Assembly (NCBI RefSeq): GCF_018350175.1
Contig: NC_058368.1
Span: 56,360,001 to 56,424,000, forward strand
Direction: 5' to 3'
Length of the DNA: 64,000 nucleotides
DNA from: Felis catus
Lineage: Eukaryota
Under the pieces are notes generated by a model. The model was not told the origin of the DNA and searched no databases. It saw only the letters and a list, made by a program, of their open reading frames with translations. Positions 52,279 to 64,000 of this stretch are shown here, one piece after another. The position numbers and the translations under genes were made by a program. The first letter of the stretch is position 1. Each line of letters opens with the position of its first letter.

Positions 52279-53181
52279 TACTGCTTACACACTATGCCTT
52301 CTAGCTGAATGAGTGATATCTCAATTAATTTTAGTTTTTTTCCCCCATAGATGATAATACCACCCTGACCACTTATTTTTTCAATAAAAATATGCTAAGT
52401 GGTTATGAGGCTCAGAAAGAAAGGGTTACCTGATTAGCTCCTTTAACTTCCCTATGAAATATTAATGAATACTCAAAAGGGATATAAAATGCAAATCATT
52501 GTAAGGAATTTGTTATATGACCAGAAACACTAAGCAATTTCTACCTTGCTTAGATCACAAGTCATCAGGTAAAACATTGGAACAACAATAGGAAAGACAG
52601 TTGATTATCATCTATGAACTCCTTTGAGTTTCCCTATATTTCAAGTATCCTCTAAACTTCTTAGATGAACTTAAACAATTGCTTCTTCATATATTCCCTG
52701 GACTCTCTACCCTAACCTATTGATCTTATTAAATTGAACACTCAACCAGGTGCTTTAAAAAGAAAGCCTTTTCTTTAAAATGAGACCAATTCATCAGATG
52801 TCATGGACTTAGAAGGCAAAAGAGGAAGTGCTTTAATCATCAGCTGGCCACCTATCCTGTACCACAATATATTTACAATCTGAGATTTTCCCTCTTGTTA
52901 CTTAGTCTCTGTAATTCAGTTGTTTCTCTTAGGTGAGAAATTATTGTCATTGAATTTGGCCACAAAAGACCATACAAGCAGCAAGTGTGCATTTTTCCCA
53001 ACACTTTAATCTCTTTGGCAGAGCTCAGTCATTTTCATATTGATTGATAACAAAATACATTATTGAATAATTTATTTTGTGTGTTGAACCAAAACATACT
53101 TAATATCTTCACTATAGTTCAGATTATTTTCTGAGAAATATTAATTATAATTATATTAATTGTATTCTCTAGGAAATTTTA

Positions 53182-53382
53182 TTTGTCTTTCTTAGTGTAT
53201 TTATTTTAAGAGAGACAGAGACAGCACAAGTGGGGAATGGGCAGAGAGAGAGAATCCCAAGCGGTCTCCATGCTGCCTGTGCAGAGCCTGATGTGGGGCT
53301 CGAACCCATGAAGCCATGAGATCATGACCTAAGCCAAAACCAAGAGTCAGACTTTTAACAAACTGAGCCACCAAGGCACGCC
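53182..53382 (-). mobile_element. Can-SINE (older subtype)
   Basis: gagaatcccaagcgg...gagatcatgacctaagccaaaaccaagagtcag core; gaaatttt on both sides. Confidence 0.93.
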
Positions 53383-53386
53383 AGAA

Positions 53387-53442
53387 ATTTTCCAAATATA
53401 TGTAATTTCTATTTTCCAAATATATGTAATTTCTATTTTCCA
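53387..53442. repeat. 24-bp tandem duplication
   Basis: attttccaaatatatgtaatttct x2 plus attttcca. Confidence 0.95.
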
Positions 53443-54569
53443 TTATCTCTAAGGAGAGGGAGATTACAATCAGAAGTCCCACGTAATAGACCATATCTAT
53501 AAACTGTGGGGAAGGTGGGGAGGGCTTTACCTCACTCCCACTCAACCTCCATGATTTTAGTCTTGAGTTTCTTTCTACAGTAGCCAGTATCATTTTACCC
53601 CCATCTTAACTCTATAGCTATTTTCTACTGTATGCTCATTACAGACTATTCCTGTCTATGACATGATATGGTAGGAGATATAAATAAAAATCAGTTGTTC
53701 CTCATAACTAAGTATGCACATATATTACAATAAAGTTACTAAACTGAGTATACTCTGAAGGTTATAACATTTTGATCATTCTCAGGAAAGAGAAAACTAT
53801 AAAGACCATTGGAAGATTTAAAATAAACTGCATGTTCCCATGTAAGAAGGCCAAGCACTGGGATCAAAGATCCCTACACAGACCTGTGCAGCTACAGATG
53901 TGTATTAGTAAATATTCAGATTTATGATAAAGTTTATGTATATCAATCTGTCCTACAACTTAGGGTTTTAAAAGAGGAATTAATATTAAAGAGTTAGAAA
54001 ATATGATGAAACAACAATAATCTGTAGATGTTCAAAAGATAGAACACGTCTATAATTCAAAAATAGATCAACAGATAATCACAAACAACAGTCTGTAACA
54101 GTGTATTCAACTTCAGAACATGACAATGGAATATGTAAGACACAGAAGACAAACATTCTTCAAAAATCAACAATACAGACTATGATTCAAAAAACAAATA
54201 GCTCACGACGACAATTGCCCCATTTCAAAAGAGAATTTTAAATATTCAATGTGATAAGAAATAGCAAAAAAAAGCTAACAGTATTCACATTGCAGAGGCA
54301 TTTTCCACTCACATGCCCAGTAATTTGAAGGAAAATCATCAGATAAAAGCCAGACAAGAGAAAACAGGAATAAAACAAACCAATAAAGCAGAGGAAGAGA
54401 AGCCTACATAGAAGAAAAATACTGAAAGGGTAATACATGAGAAGTATTAGCATCTCCCATCCCTGAAAATAACAGGGGATAGAAGAAAAGATGGGTTGTT
54501 TGGCAGTTGATAACATATCTCAATCCAACTGTTAGTACAATAGGATTAATAAAATGAGTTATTGGCCAT

Positions 54570-54880
54570 TGTATGTCTTGTGGTATGCTATAGTAACAAT
54601 CTCAAATCTAATGGCTTAGCATTACAAAAGTTTATTTCTCGCTCACACTGAGTCTATCATGTTGGCAGCATGTTTAGCTCATTATAGTTATTCTGGGATC
54701 CCAGCTGATAGTAGCTTCATCTTAACATTTGCTTCCAAGATCACCTTGGCAGGAGAAAGAAAATGTGATGTTATTTTCTCAGGCTTTGAAAAAACCCAGT
54801 GGAAATGATACATGCCACTTCTGCTCACATTTCATTGAACAAAGTAAGTCAGACTACTGTGCTCAATTTAATACCCTATG
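54570..54880 (-). mobile_element. Old MaLR LTR (MLT1J/K/L-like)
   Basis: aatggcttagcattacaaaagtttatttctcgctcac, ccacttctgctcacatttcattgaacaaagtaagtca. Confidence 0.7.
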
Positions 54881-55650
54881 TGGTTTCATTTTTCTGTATT
54901 CTACCTTAATTTGGAATCATGTTTACAAATAAGCTTGTAGAACAGACACTATAGCACTCATCATAGTGTTTGTCCTGCATGAAAATTGTCTCAGACTATT
55001 TTAAGGCATATTTTAGTCTATTTTAATATGTTTGAGTGTTGCCTGAAAACAGCATTCCTAAAAAGCATGGCAGGTGGTGTTAATGCAGGTGGTCTGGGCA
55101 TCAAACTTTGAGTGAACAAAAAAAAAGCATCTAACCTTTAATGATGAATCCCATGCTTCTTCTCTCTCGCCACTTGCTTCATTGTCAGGGAGAACACCAG
55201 ATATGAATCAAGTCAGAAAATTTTGACATGATAATTATAATTGAAACTTTTGGAGGAAGGGGCTAATGGGTAAAACCTTTTTCTCAATGGAACTAACTCC
55301 TAAAACCACTGTGTGTGTTGCTGTATGACTTTTTCTCTTTACAAAATTCTTCTCTCTCCTTGCTCTGAAATACTTTCAAGAAAATGGAATCTTATGCATC
55401 AAAAGTAGCTTCCTCCTCCACTTGTGAAGGCAAATGTTACCAGAATGGGACATAGGAAAAAGTAGCTCTAGGAAGGTCTGTTAGCATGATTCTAGGATAG
55501 GCAAAAGATGTTGTTAAAACTGCTCGATTACTTTATCTCAATAAAATAGGACATCATTAAGGGTTAGAATCAGATTGCAAGCTCAGCAAGTGTCCATTCA
55601 CTGATTCCCCCCGAACAAATAGTCCAAATAACCTCACTAGCCTAAACCGT

Positions 55651-56236
55651 TGTGTTAGGTCTTTCATGCTGCTATAAAAAAAAAAATCCATGGGCTGGTT
55701 GGCTTATAAATAACAGAAATTGATTTCTCACAGTTATTTTTAATTTTTTAAAAACTTTTATTTTAGAGAGGGAGAGAAAGTGAGGAGGGGAGACGGGCAG
55801 ACGGAGAGAGAAAAAAAATAATAAGCAGGCTCCAAGCTCAGCACAGAGCCCTACACAGGCCTCGAACCCACAACCCTGGGATCACAACCTGAACCAAAAT
55901 CAAGAGTCAGTCACTCAACTGACTAAGCCACCCAGATGTCCCTATTTCTTGCCGTTCTTAAGGCCAGAAATCTGAGATCAAGGCCATGGCCGACTTTTTG
56001 TCTGGTGAAAGCCTGCTTCCTGATTCATAGACAGTTGTTGTTTTGCTCTATTTTCACATTGGGGAAGGGGCAAGGACTCTATGAGGTCTTCTTTATAGGA
56101 GTGTTAATCCCATTCTTAGTGGCTTCACCCACATGACCTATCAGATCCCAAAGATCCCACCTCCTGGTACCATCACATTGGGTGTAGAAATCAACATTAT
56201 GAATTTTGTGGGGACAGGAACAATCTCTCTATAACA
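55651..56236 (-). mobile_element. MaLR LTR (MLT1A-like) with nested SINE
   Basis: ggcttataaataacagaaattgatttctcacagtt, gcctgcttcctgattcatagacag, taccatcacattggg...tgaattttgtggggac. Confidence 0.85.
55735..55942 (-). mobile_element. Can-SINE nested in MLT1 LTR
   Basis: aagcaggctccaagctcagcacagagccc core; degenerate TSD atttctcacagtt / atttcttgccgtt. Confidence 0.92.
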
Positions 56237-57478
56237 ACTGGTAAAACTGTGATCATGCCAGATTCATGAATGAGAATTTGAGGCTTTGATATTCTAGTCA
56301 TACTCATATTAACTAGAATACCCTTTTATCTTTAATGGCTGCCATTATACTTATTCTACTTATGTATTTTCTCTTAAAAAAACACCTATTTTAATTTCTC
56401 TGTGGGAGAGTGTCTTTCTGTCCATTTCCCAGCTAGTTATCTAGCTTTCTACCACATTAAATTAATTGTCTCTACAGATTTTCTTTCCATTTCTTCCTAC
56501 AGCCACTTGTAATTCTGTTTCTCAGACTTTTGTCAAGCTCTTGGTTCTTAGCTGGTCATTTGTTTTCCTACAGAATTGTTTATTTTCACCTTTTTTAAGG
56601 AATTTGGAACATTCTGATTGTACTAATTTTATTTTAATGGATGCTTTTGAATTCTTGCATAGGCATATTTCACACTAAATTTACATGAGATTATATTTAC
56701 ATGAATGTCACATCTATATCACATAAATCCAGGATATATATTTTACTATGCAACACTACAAGAAATTAGTCATCTCCAAATGTCAACAATGACCTTTTTC
56801 ATACAATTAAATAATAAAAAAAAACACTGTTGGTCTATTTGCTCATTCATCCATTCTTCTCTAACCCATTTTGTTATTCCCATATTTTCTTATTTGTCTA
56901 ACCATAATTCATTGACCACTCACACTTCTGGGTGATGAGTAGATAGAATAAAATGATATGAGTTATGCAAATGGTTCAGAATTACTAAAGTTTAACTTTA
57001 GGCAGCAGAAAATCGTATAGTGTAAGTATGAATAAAGTTCAGGAGATAAAATGATAAGTGATTGGAAAGTAGTTGCAGTCTAGAATAGAAATGTTCTCAG
57101 TTTCTCAGTAATAAGCTTGACTATTATCCCCCAAAGTATTTTGATATTGAACTATTTCGGACAAAGTGACATTATGATCATATCTGAATTTTAATACAAA
57201 TCACGCTGGTAGCTCTATGAAAAATGGGTTCAGGAGGATTAAATCAGAAATAGGGAATAACTTGGAAAAAATTTAATTAGCTGTGATAGAAATTATGAGA
57301 TCATGAACAAAGGAGACATAGAAATAATTCAAATAAATTGATAGATATCATGGGAGAAGAAATGACCAGGATTGGTAACAAATCATATGAGGGATTAAGA
57401 CAAAATAAAGAGTCTCAGTGGCCTGCCTCCCAATTCTCTAGTTCTTCAGACTTCATAACTTGTTAGGTCATTATTGCT

Positions 57479-57482
<4 letters not shown>

Positions 57483-57520
<38 letters not shown>
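57483..57520. repeat. (AG)n microsatellite
   Basis: Direct reading. Confidence 0.95.
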
Positions 57521-57523
<3 letters not shown>

Positions 57524-57739
57524 TGAATACATACACTTGAGTGTGTATGAGATGATATATCACCTCTGTGTGCATGTGTATGCAGGTGTGTGTATGTTGT
57601 CATATGTACTCCCCCTATAGCTGCATTAGCTACCTAAAGAGCACATCCTCTTCCCTGGCCAAAATCGGGAGTCAGGGACACATTTGTGGCTCACTGTATG
57701 GTGAAAAATGTTTCTGAGGTACTTCTGAAAATGTACTTT

Positions 57740-58262
57740 CTGTGGTATTGGAAGAAGCCACATACAAGGAGTATTGTCACTTTAGTGAAAACCAGGAGGA
57801 GCCATTAAAGGGAGGGGTCCCACTTGTGGCATTCTACTGTGAAGACATTGGAGAGGGTCTTGGGAGCGCTTCAGAAAACCAAGTGCTTCTGGAACCAGGA
57901 GCTGGAAAATCTACCTTCTGCAGGAGTTGGGACTGGAGGAAGTCACACCTAACAATAGCCTAACACTGATGAAATATCACACAGTGGGAACCCAGAATAG
58001 GATTAACTATACCATAGAGGATTCTAGCATGGGAGACAGCTTTGCCATGAAGGAGACTGGAGACAGGAGCTGGACTTAGAATGGAGAGAAGAAAAGAAAA
58101 ATTCCTTCTCCCCTGTGTCCTTGCACCACCCTCTATTGATAAGTTTAACATAGTGAGTGCCAGCTGTCATATGAAAATATTGGCAAAGCATGTCTACATT
58201 TTCACAGAGCAGGCAAAGGGTATATTTGGATTTTAGGGATAATAAATCAATAGCTGGAGAGT
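57740..58262 (-). mobile_element. ERVL-class LTR (LTR41/LTR52-like), probable 3' LTR of the adjacent ERVL remnant
   Basis: Minus strand starts ccagctattgatttattatccctaaaatccaaatataccctttgcctgctctgtgaaaat...cagctggcac...tgttaaacttatcaatagagggtg, recalled as the 5' end of this LTR group. The left boundary is uncertain. Confidence 0.55.
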
Positions 58263-58859
58263 CCACACCTTTATATTTTTACTTAAAAAGATACAGCTAA
58301 CCTTCTTACAAGTGAAGAAGTTCTCACTTCTCAAAATTAGAAGATATATAGTTCCAACAGTCATTTTAGGAGAGAGAAAGAGACTGATATGTATATTCTA
58401 TTTGCTTCCTTCCTTCTTTCCTTCTTCCTCTTTCTTTCCCTCTTCTTTTCTTCTTTTCTTTTTTTCTCTCTCTCTTTCTCTCTCCATGTTTCATTCCTTC
58501 TTTCTCTCCCTTTTCTCTTTTCCCTCTGTGTGTGTTTATATGTATATTTATGTGTGTGCTTTATACATATATATACACATACATATATGTGCGTGTATTT
58601 ATATATATGTCTTATTTATTTATTTATTTATTTATATCATATATGAGACAGAAAAGAAAATATTAGAAATACTTTGTAAGATTAGTATGGTTACAATCTA
58701 AAATTGGTCACAATGCATTAGTTGATACCTGTGATTTCCTATTTCTACTATGCATTCTATATTTTTCTGTACTCAGAACATCAGTTGATAAGAGTTTTTA
58801 TCTGGTATAGTGTTATAAAATTGGTGATGCAAAGTTTGAAGGACTGAGTCTCTCTCTCT

Positions 58860-60600
58860 CTTTTACTAAGGTTCTCCATCAATCTGTACTACTGAGTGTG
58901 GAAGTACTAAAAGGCACCACAGAACATCCCCTAGATTTCAGACATAGTCATCTTTCACCTAATATGTAGCAGCAACACAATATCTCCATGGTAATTGACA
59001 TCAATCACTTCAGCAAAGAGAGGAGGCTTTTTTCCTGCCTATTGATTCAGTAGTAAAAGAAGCCCAAATAGCCTGTAGCAGTCTCATCTTAATTTGAATT
59101 GGAATTGTATCGTGTCCCCTTGACATGTCTTTAGTATTTGTCACGTCTTAGGGACTAAGACTTTCAAAATAGCAGAGGTCATCGTTTCCCAGATGGGAAA
59201 CAAAAATTAGATAGAATAAATATTTAGAAATAAGAGTGAGATGGGTCACCTCCACTTCTGCTGCTTGTCTTCTGGGCTGATGTATTGTTACTTTGGGAAA
59301 GAAAGCAGATGTAATATTCTCTGATTGTACAAATTACATACTGCATCCCTTTAGGATATTGTCTCTCAATTGATGCCATTACTGAATCTTCGACAAACCA
59401 TACCATTTTTAAATTAATTAAATCATTTCTTGGGTGTAGGAGTATGTATCAAAACAAGTTAATTCCATGAACATGAGCCCATTGCTACTCTTTCTTTGCT
59501 AAGAAATTGCTTTCTTTACCAGAATTGTTGTTATGAATATGGGTAAACCATTCAGGCAGTCTATGAATAGTGATGTTGGCAGAAGTATTACATGAAGAGA
59601 AGACACATTCATATACAGAATGTGTATATTCCAGTGAGAACAAATCTCTGCCCTTCCATGATAGAAGAAGTCTAATTTTCTCAACAGCCACCAGGCTGGC
59701 TTGCCTTCCTTCACAATGGTGCCATATCTTATAATGGTCCTCAGTGTTGGCCTCCATATTAATGAATTAGACACTCAGCAGTATTACGAGTCAAGTCAGC
59801 CTTGGTGAGGGAAATTCCATGTTGTTGAGGTCATGCATAGCCTCCATTTCTACCACCAGTATCATTTTGATCATAGGCCTTCTGAGCCAGTACTGGATGG
59901 GTTGGGGAAAGATGTTGCCTGATACCCATAAAGCATATTAGTTTATCCTCTGATTAATTAAATTCATCTCTCATTGTGGACACTTTTTGGTAGACATTCA
60001 CACTTGCACAAATATATTCACAATATATGTCAAATCTGAAAAGTCTATTCACATACTTCTTACCCAGATTTCCTTGTTACCAATCTTCCAATCCTTCTTC
60101 TTTCAAGGTCTGTCCAGTTAAACCATTAGCATCTTCTCTTAAATAATCTCAATATGTGCTTATGGCCATCTGTAATCAGATATATTAGACAACTAAGTAT
60201 ACTACTTCAAGTTCTGCCCACCGGAAGAACTTCTTTTTATTATTCTTTAGGGGTGACCCTAAGTGAGGCTGCAGTACTGGAGATGTCCACTTTTGGGTGG
60301 TACCAGCATATTATGCAAACACATAGGTAAATTAGACTTGACAGTTTGGTTTTTTTTTTTAATCTTCAGCCAACTAATTATAAGAAATTACCCAGGAAAC
60401 CACAGACATAGATTGTGGCAGAGGAGACTACAATAGCAATCAATGTTGAAAGTGTCTGAATTACCTTCTCAGGCAACTTACTGCTTACTTATGGTCCTGC
60501 TCAACCTTGGTTATAATTTCTTGGTTACAATTTGCTTATTTTATGTACTTGTTTATTATATATTCTAACCAAGCTTTATCAGCTGTCCCATGGAAAGCTT
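58860..60600 (-). mobile_element. Degenerate ERVL internal region: RNase H, integrase, dUTPase-like
   Basis: Minus-strand peptides YAGTTQKWT and RWAELEVVYLVV (RNase H, ~60310-60190); RPTLRTIIRYGTI...PAWW and SWKG...SANITIHRL (integrase, ~59770-59500); FGLLLLLNQ and VIDVNYHGDIVLLLH (dUTPase-like, ~59070-58960). Many stops and frameshifts. Confidence 0.85.
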
Positions 60601-63109
60601 CCAAGTGGGTTGTGCAGGTGCTCCTGAAGGAGGCTTTCCAGCAAGTTTCCATAACACCCACATAGGTACTTTCACAGTGAATTCTATCTCTCACCTCAGG
60701 CAGCTTCTCAGCAAGTGTTTTGATATCGTGTGCATTTTTACTGCTTGCCAGTTTTGGCCTACAGCATTATGGATAACTTTTCTGTCATACATTAATGGAA
60801 GGGGCTAAGTGCTGGGAAGAGTTATCTGAGGTTCTCCTGTTTTCTGAAGAGATCTAAATTTCTGACTAGAAGGTCAGAATTTGTGCCTTCATTTGTACTT
60901 TCTCTCAGCCGTACAGATAGTGCTTTTATCTCAATGTCTACTACTTTTGTATATTTAGGGTTTCTTTATTTATTAATATTTAATATGCTGTTAACTAGCT
61001 AATGAATCTGTAAGTTAAACTTCAGTGTTCAAATTATTATGTGGTTTATTTCGTGATTGAATCCTAAATGATACATCATCTTCTCCCTTGAGGTTCTTTT
61101 CCCTCTCTAGTAATTCTGGGGACACACCATTTTGACATTCAAAACCAACATGTAACGGGAACTACAACGAGTGTTGTTGGGAAATTGATAATAAAATAAT
61201 GTAGTTAACCTCCCCATTTGCTTGAAGTATAATTGTGGTGGTGGTGGTGAAGCAGGAGGGGGAGGAGAGGGAGGAAAAGGGGGGGGGGAAGAAAGAGGAG
61301 GAAGAAGGAGAGAAAAGAGCATTATGTAACAAGAGGGACTACTATGGACAGATGGTAAGGAGACAATTTCCTAAGGTGCGAACATTAACCAGACATGGAA
61401 ACTTTAATATAGATGTCTAGAAGAAAAACTCTGATAAGTCATTCCTTATCATCCCTCTCCCCACAAAAAACCAAAAAACTTCTTAGAATACTGCTTTCCT
61501 AAATCTGAATTTAGAAGACATCTGCCTAAATGAATGAGCTATATACAATTCAAGGGTATTGTTTAATTTTATTCTTAGAATTTTGTCCTAGTAGCTGCAT
61601 ATCCAGCTGTAGACCATTCTTAACCAACAGAACATTGCTGTTGATTTGCCATAATTTGGAGAAATTATGATCCCTCTGTGCTCCCTATAGATAGTATGTA
61701 TTTTACCTCCAAAACTTTCCCAGATTTCAGAGTACACTATCATCTCAGTGACTTATTATTATCTGGAGAAGTTCAATAAGAACTAGAAAACATTCTCTTC
61801 TTTCATATGATAGAATAAAATAAAGAATGTACCAACTGGGGCTAAGTGCTGGGAAGAGGTATCTGAGGGAACATCATTATTTTATTCTTCTTCTAATGCA
61901 TGTTCTTCAATAAATTCAGAAAATAATCCTTTATGTCTTTGCATAGAAACTAGTAGTACAATTTTGATAGTTCTCAGTCCCCTATACATGTGTAACTTTC
62001 TATACAATCTAGATATAGAGTTCATAATTCAAAATATCCAACTACAACACATTAGTGAATAATGGATCTGATTGCAGTATTATGAATAATCTACTACCAG
62101 GGTACAGGATCATATTCAAACTACCCAGAAGCAATGGAGTTCATCCAATTTATATTTTGCAGCATATTTTTCTATGCATTCTTCTAATACACTGTGTTTC
62201 AGATTTCTGGTTATCCAATACATGGCTCCATACATTTAGCTTTGCATACTATTTTATTTATTGACTCATGTAGTAATTATTTCATGTGGAAGACCCTATG
62301 AGTCTTATTTTTTATTATTTATTAGAGAATAACAATTGATACCACCACAAAGCTCAACTATCTGGTGGCAAGAAGCACAGTGATTACTTATAGATAAATT
62401 AATTTTAAACAAATAAGAAGGAATAAAAGAGAATAACAAAGTGGGCCTTGCTTTACATAAAGTAGGAGAAGTCATCAGCCAGGTAAGAAGAGAACATTGC
62501 ATGCAGAGAAATATACAAGCAAATATGCCAGTTTGGAAAGCACTGGGTTTGTGGTCATTGAACTTAATACATCAATGTGTTCAAATGGTGGTAGGTAAAG
62601 AGTAGATGGCCATATAATGGAGTAGCTGAGCTGGTCAGGAGCAAAGGACAGCAACTAAAGACATTCAGTGGAGGCTTCTGTCTGATAACTTTATTCTGGG
62701 CCATATTCATTCACATAATCTTTTTAAACTAGATTACCCACCATAAATCTGCTTAATGAAAGATTCTACGAGTTCCATTGGTTTAGGCAAATTCTAATGT
62801 ATGTATGTAGTTACATTAATTCAGTTGAACTGTAATCCTAGAGAATTTGGAGGTACCTAATATAACACACAGAAAAGTTATACAGTAGCAATCATTTAGA
62901 ATTTGTGTTGCGCCTCAGATTTCTTTGAGTCCAACATCTATGCTCTTTTCACTCTATTTAATTTATGAAAGTAAAATCAAGTAAAATGGTGTGGATGGAA
63001 TAAAAAATGCATGGTTATCCCTAAGAAGGGACACAAAAGGGGAAGGAGAGAATACACATAAACTTGGAAGTAGAAAGGTATGTTTGGAGAAGTTAAATAG
63101 AGCATAGTA

Positions 63110-63285
63110 AGTGCTTGAAAGCTCAAGATTAAGTCAGGCAGATTCAGAATGAACAAGATTCTCTAGTTGTGTGATCTAGAGAAAGTTGCTTAACTTCTTT
63201 AAACAGGATTATTAACTTCTTTCAGCCATATTTATTTAAAGTGAGAATAATAGTAACTACTTAATAGGATCATTGCAAGAACTTT
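63110..63285 (+). mobile_element. MIR SINE
   Basis: ctagttgtgtgatctagagaaagttgcttaacttcttt...taaagtgagaataatagtaactacttaataggat. Confidence 0.65.
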
Positions 63286-63544
63286 ATCATCACTTACTAA
63301 CTTTCACATTGCTGTACACAGAGAACCCTACTCTGGTTTCCACAGGTTCCTACCAGTCACTTCTAAGACTGAAAATAACAGTAACACAGAATTCCTAGAA
63401 TTTTTGTGACATCTTAATTGGGAAGGCATTCTGTAGGTAAAGAATGCATAAGGCACATTGCTTTATCACAGTTGGTTATCAGTAAATACTAGTTATTGTT
63501 ATAGAAGATTTTTCTCTATGATTAAATGAGTCAAATTTTTGGGT

Positions 63545-63791
63545 TGTTTTAATTTTTTAAATGTTTTATTTATTTTTGAGAGAGAGAGGCAGAGAGACAG
63601 AGAGAGACAGAGACAGAGACAAAGTATGAGTGGGGGAGGGACAGAGAGAGAGAGGGAGACAGAATCTGAAGCAGGCTCCAGCCTCTGATCTGTCAGCACA
63701 GAGCGCAATGCGGGGCTCAAACTCATGAACTCTGAGATCATGACCTGAGCCAAAGTCAGACGCTTAAATGACTGAGCCACTCAGGGGCCCC
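63545..63791 (-). mobile_element. Can-SINE (feliform type)
   Basis: Full core gaatctgaagcaggctccagcctctgatctgtcagcacagag; extended GA tract. Confidence 0.96.
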
Positions 63792-64000
63792 AAAATTTTC
63801 TATTTCATGTTCATGTTTGGGATGCCATAAAATATGTACAGTAAAATGAAGAATTCTTCTCTCTAGAAGATCACATCAACTCCATATTTACTGAGTTTAA
63901 GTTAGGACACACATGTTCTTCAGGTACATTCGATTTTCATTTACAGTCTAAGATCCAATAATTCAGGCATTGGCATGATACCTGGATTCATCTTTGGGAT

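Noticed and set aside
30424..53100. 17-bp exact match ttgaaccaaaacatact at 30424-30440 and 53084-53100
   Set aside because: AT-rich and 22 kb apart; by rough estimate about one such match is expected by chance in a 64-kb window.

Overview
AT-rich mammalian genomic DNA from a feliform carnivore, most likely a cat-family species. The evidence is about 25 tRNA-derived Can-SINEs, many with the feliform-type core 'gctgacagctcagagcctggagcctgcttc'. I found no intact protein-coding gene or convincing spliced exon, so the window looks intergenic or deep-intronic. The only gene-derived sequences are two dead processed pseudogenes, TMA7 (~5.8-6.4 kb, minus) and TRAF7 (~18.6-21.0 kb, plus). The rest is layered transposable-element debris: old L1M fragments, ERV1/ERVL/MaLR solo LTRs, a degenerate ERVL pol remnant with a probable 3' LTR, MER20/MER3/MER5 DNA-transposon fossils, MIRs and microsatellites. 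I see no support for a new multi-gene system. The most unusual signals are small mutational scars: (1) a 30-nt insertion inside a SINE, copied from a site 1.9 kb upstream plus fold-back bases; (2) a 31-bp near-perfect dispersed duplication; (3) an iterated inverted micro-insertion; (4) a ~100-bp orphan polyadenylated insertion in the TRAF7 retrocopy; (5) microhomology-type deletions in both retrocopies; (6) a tail-to-tail MER20 pair; (7) a duplicated microsatellite cassette. Repeat subfamily names come from remembered consensus sequences, not a database search, and old-repeat boundaries are approximate.
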